A stretch of DNA of 64,000 bases, from assembly GCF_000497125.1 (NCBI RefSeq), contig NC_090596.1:1-64000 (forward strand). Reading direction: 5' to 3'. The position numbers and the translations under genes were made by a program. Shown here piece after piece: positions 60,787-64,000 of the stretch. This DNA comes from Spironucleus salmonicida (Eukaryota). Below the pieces are notes generated by a model. The model did no database searches and was not told the origin of the DNA. It worked only from the letters and a program-made list of their open reading frames with translations. How positions within the stretch are numbered: the stretch's first letter is position 1; each line of letters begins with the position of its first letter.

Positions 60787-61863
60787 ATGAAAAGAAATAA
60801 AATTGAAATTGCTAATCAAATACTTGATACTATAACTAAATTACCTAAAGATCAACAATAAAAATTTTATAACAAATTATTCTATTAAATTCGTAATCCA
60901 TGTATCCAAACGTAAGAAGATATTCACTGTTAGCCAATTGTTCTTAAAGTTTCATATGATGGACAATATCTAAGTGGAGTTTAGGAATGTAATTAGCCTT
61001 TTACTATAACGAGAATTTTAAAAGATGCATTGATTAATGCATAAATGCTACCATCTAATATTCATATTCCAATAACTTCATGTGGTCGCACAGACTCAGG
61101 AGTATCCGCAAGTGGTTAAACATTTTCGTTGTGGATAAGAGCAGCTTAAAAAACTGGTGCAACTTTTGGTGATATGTCTAATTTTATTTAGTCGTTTGAT
61201 ACTATTGATTATATGAATGCAATTAATCCAAAACTTCCACCAGAAGTTCAAATCACAGGATGGGCACTAGTTCAACCTAAGTTTTCAGCTCGTCATAGTA
61301 CAACTGGACGAACCTATTCTTACTTTATTCCAAACTTCTAGAATATATCAATTGATTTAATGAGAGATGCATCTTAAAAACTGATTGGTTGGAAAAACTA
61401 TAAAAATTTTTGCTTTGAAAAATAAGAGATTGATAATTATACTAGAAAAATTCGATCTTTTGATTTCTTGGTTGACGAAAATACTCTTCAAATTAGAATA
61501 AATGGAACGGCATTTTTATACCATTAAATCAGATGTATCATATCAATTTTAGTGCTTATTGGGCTTAAACTTGAAACTTTAGATATTATAGACTATTTGT
61601 TAGATATTGAAACCATTTAAACTCGACCGAAATATATCATTGCCCCACCAGAGTTTTTATTATTTGAAAAACCAGAGTATTAAGATATTGTATGGAACAC
61701 TTCAACTAAAGATAAAATAATTAAAAATATCTAAGCTTTAAAAGATATGTAAACTTTCACTACTTAATTTTATAATTTATAAAAAGATACTAGTTATAAC
61801 TATATAATTGATTAAATTAAAGGGAACTAAGAAAACTACTGCGAAATTAAAAATTTGAAATGA
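60787..61863 (+). CDS. PUS3: tRNA pseudouridine synthase, TruA family (Pus3-like), 358 aa
   Basis: Motifs IVLKVSYDG, CGRTDSGVSASGQ (catalytic Asp), FSARH..RTYSYF, NYKNFC, GTAFLYHQIRCI, YIIAP. An alternative in-frame ATG lies at 60769. Confidence 0.92.
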
Positions 61864-61971
61864 TTTAATATAAATATTATATAATATTTATATATTTAAT
61901 TTATTTAAAGAACAATTATTCAACAATATTATATTTAATAATATTTAAATTCAAAATAAATCACTTTAAAT

Positions 61972-64000
61972 ATGTTTGTCTAATCAAAAAATAATATTAT
62001 TAGCTTTTCTGTAAGCTAAAGAAGTAAGAGATAGTTTATTTATTTACAAGTAAATAAATTATATATAGATAATTAGATTTCTATTACTAATTTTAAAGAC
62101 ATTACAATAGATAACAATTTATTAGTATTTTAAGGATATAAGTTTAAAATTAACTAAGATATAAGAATATTTAAAGACTATCTATCTCTGTACTTCGGAA
62201 AAATTGATTTTTTGAATAATTCTGTAGTCTTTAAAGAAATTTGTTCTAATATAGATATTGAATTTTATTTTAGCTAAGACTTTTTTAGAATTAATTGTTA
62301 AGATAAGTAGTATTTTATTTATAATAAAAATATTGCAATAAAATAAAATAAATCTAACAAGACAGTATTTATAACTCAAGATGGTGTGCATCTGCTAAAT
62401 TTATTTTACAATAATGATAATGACTTGAGATAATTTGATGTATCAATTATCTCATAAGTTAAATAGAACTAAATATAATAGTCTATGAACTATAATATAT
62501 TTAATGTTGTACTTACTCATTTTTATTAGTATGATTAAATAGATAATGTTATTATATATTAACCTCTTGATAATATTACAAAATCGAAAATTCATTTTTA
62601 ACAATAAGAAATAGTTGTACAAACTGATACTATTTATTAAAGTATAACCCTTTCATCTATTGAATTATTAACACTACAATATGATTCCAAATTAATAGTC
62701 ATAAAATTATCAAACTCCATGTAATTATTTATGTCATTCGATTCATTACCCTTTATGGAATAATTTGTAGTGTAGCTACTTAATTTATAATCAAATTAAA
62801 ACTCTCAAGCTAAAGTTCATTATGTTAATTTGTTAAATCATAATATCATTTCCAATTCCTTATAACTTGATGTTGAGACTTTAATTAATAGTATTTAAGA
62901 CTTTAATAATAAAGAACAAGTATTTTAAAAAATTTGTTATATCTATCAAAACTATTAAAGAAATTTACCCTGTATCAGTAAAAATACTTAACTATTAGAA
63001 TTTATATCTAAATAAATCACCTTAGAACCTGTTACCAATGTTTAATTTATTTATTTTTAGGTATTATTATTTTTAATATCAAGTAGAGCATAGTATGAAT
63101 ATCTTTGTGGATAGAATGCCACGATATTTTAAAATTTATCTACTTATTTAATCAATAAAAATTAAAAATATCATGATCTTATGATTTGTTTATTAATTAG
63201 ATATTCATTTTCATATTAATGGTAACCTACTATATTAGAAGTTGGGGCTCGTTATGATGGACTTAATCTTTTATATTGCCTTCAATATTAACCATTCAAA
63301 TATTATAATCTTATTTCAGTGTCAAAAAAGGTATAGGGAAAATCTTCAGCATTAGCTAAAATAGGAATTCATTCTAGGTATTAATAGGGTTAAAAATATA
63401 TTATCAGTAGAACTAAAATAGAGTAATTCAACAGATTATTTATAGTTAATCAAACAAGTGACCTTATACCTAAATTAGGTAAGTTCATCGTAAATTTATA
63501 GACTTAAAGTTTTTTGATAACCTCTTTAGTATTAGGTATTCTTCAAGATATTTTAGTTACTAAAACCCATTTAGAAAAATAATAAAATGATTCTTTATTG
63601 AAGTTATAATTATTAAGAAAATAATTATTTGAACTTATCTTTGAAAATTCTAGTTATTTTATTTAGCTTACATGTTCAAATATTATAGAATTTTAAATTT
63701 CTTCAACCCTAATAATGAAATAATTTTTTCAAGAATAGTTACTTAGTACAAGTATTAAAAATTTAGTCTCTGAATAATTTTTACTAACAGGAAATTTAAT
63801 CTAACTCGTTGAGACTATACTAAAAAATGAATATGATATTTTATCGTAAATTTAGTGGAGTTTACTAAGTATTATGTATGTGTAAAATAAAAATGTGTAA
63901 AATATTGTGAATAAAATTTTGCCTATTTCTTTAACTAAAGGAATGCAAGCAGTTAATATAAAGGAAATATATAGCTAATAAAGCAAAAAATTGTAACTAA
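61972..64000 (+). CDS. Large hypothetical protein, 3'-truncated by the window edge (>670 aa)
   Basis: ATG 61972 (MFVQSKNNIISFSV) with no in-frame TGA to the window end. It looks beta-rich at the N-terminus and helical and Leu-rich after that; no family could be assigned. Confidence 0.8.

Noticed and set aside
61972-64000. RME-8/DNAJC13 identity for the last ORF
   Set aside because: There is only a vague architectural resemblance and no diagnostic motif within the window.

Overview
This window is the left end of a eukaryotic chromosome. It opens with about 2.8 kb of (CCTA)n, i.e. (TAGG)n, telomeric repeat. Long genes appear only when TAA/TAG are read as Gln and TGA is the sole stop (translation table 6), so the supplied standard-code ORF track is fragmented. 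This code, the intron-free compact genes and several stops embedded in AGTGA point to a hexamitid diplomonad (Spironucleus-like); the organism assignment is inferred. Positions ~3.1-47.7 kb are a subtelomeric tandem array of four large minus-strand genes, all transcribed toward the telomere. Each has an array of ~345-bp satellite units upstream. The proteins carry Walker A (SQSS[KR]SGKS), Walker B (IILVDE), a sensor-like VIMVGT strand, a GxP-like AIPG motif and a downstream restriction-endonuclease-like signature (E-helix...FDFI..TF...LP[IV]E). By eye this matches the NTPase+REase architecture of Crinkler/RHS-type effectors. The telomere-proximal copy is a divergent, intact 1792-aa ORF. The three internal copies are near-identical ~8.9-kb duplicates with mosaic, hypervariable 5' ends and a shared +1 frameshift that separates off the C-terminal domain. 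From ~49.9 kb the sequence is ordinary AT-rich core genome: a DPE2-type 4-alpha-glucanotransferase, a large ankyrin-repeat protein, a small hypothetical, a coiled-coil + C2-like protein, a Pus3/TruA pseudouridine synthase and a partial large ORF. All translations and alignments were done by eye, and no database search was run.
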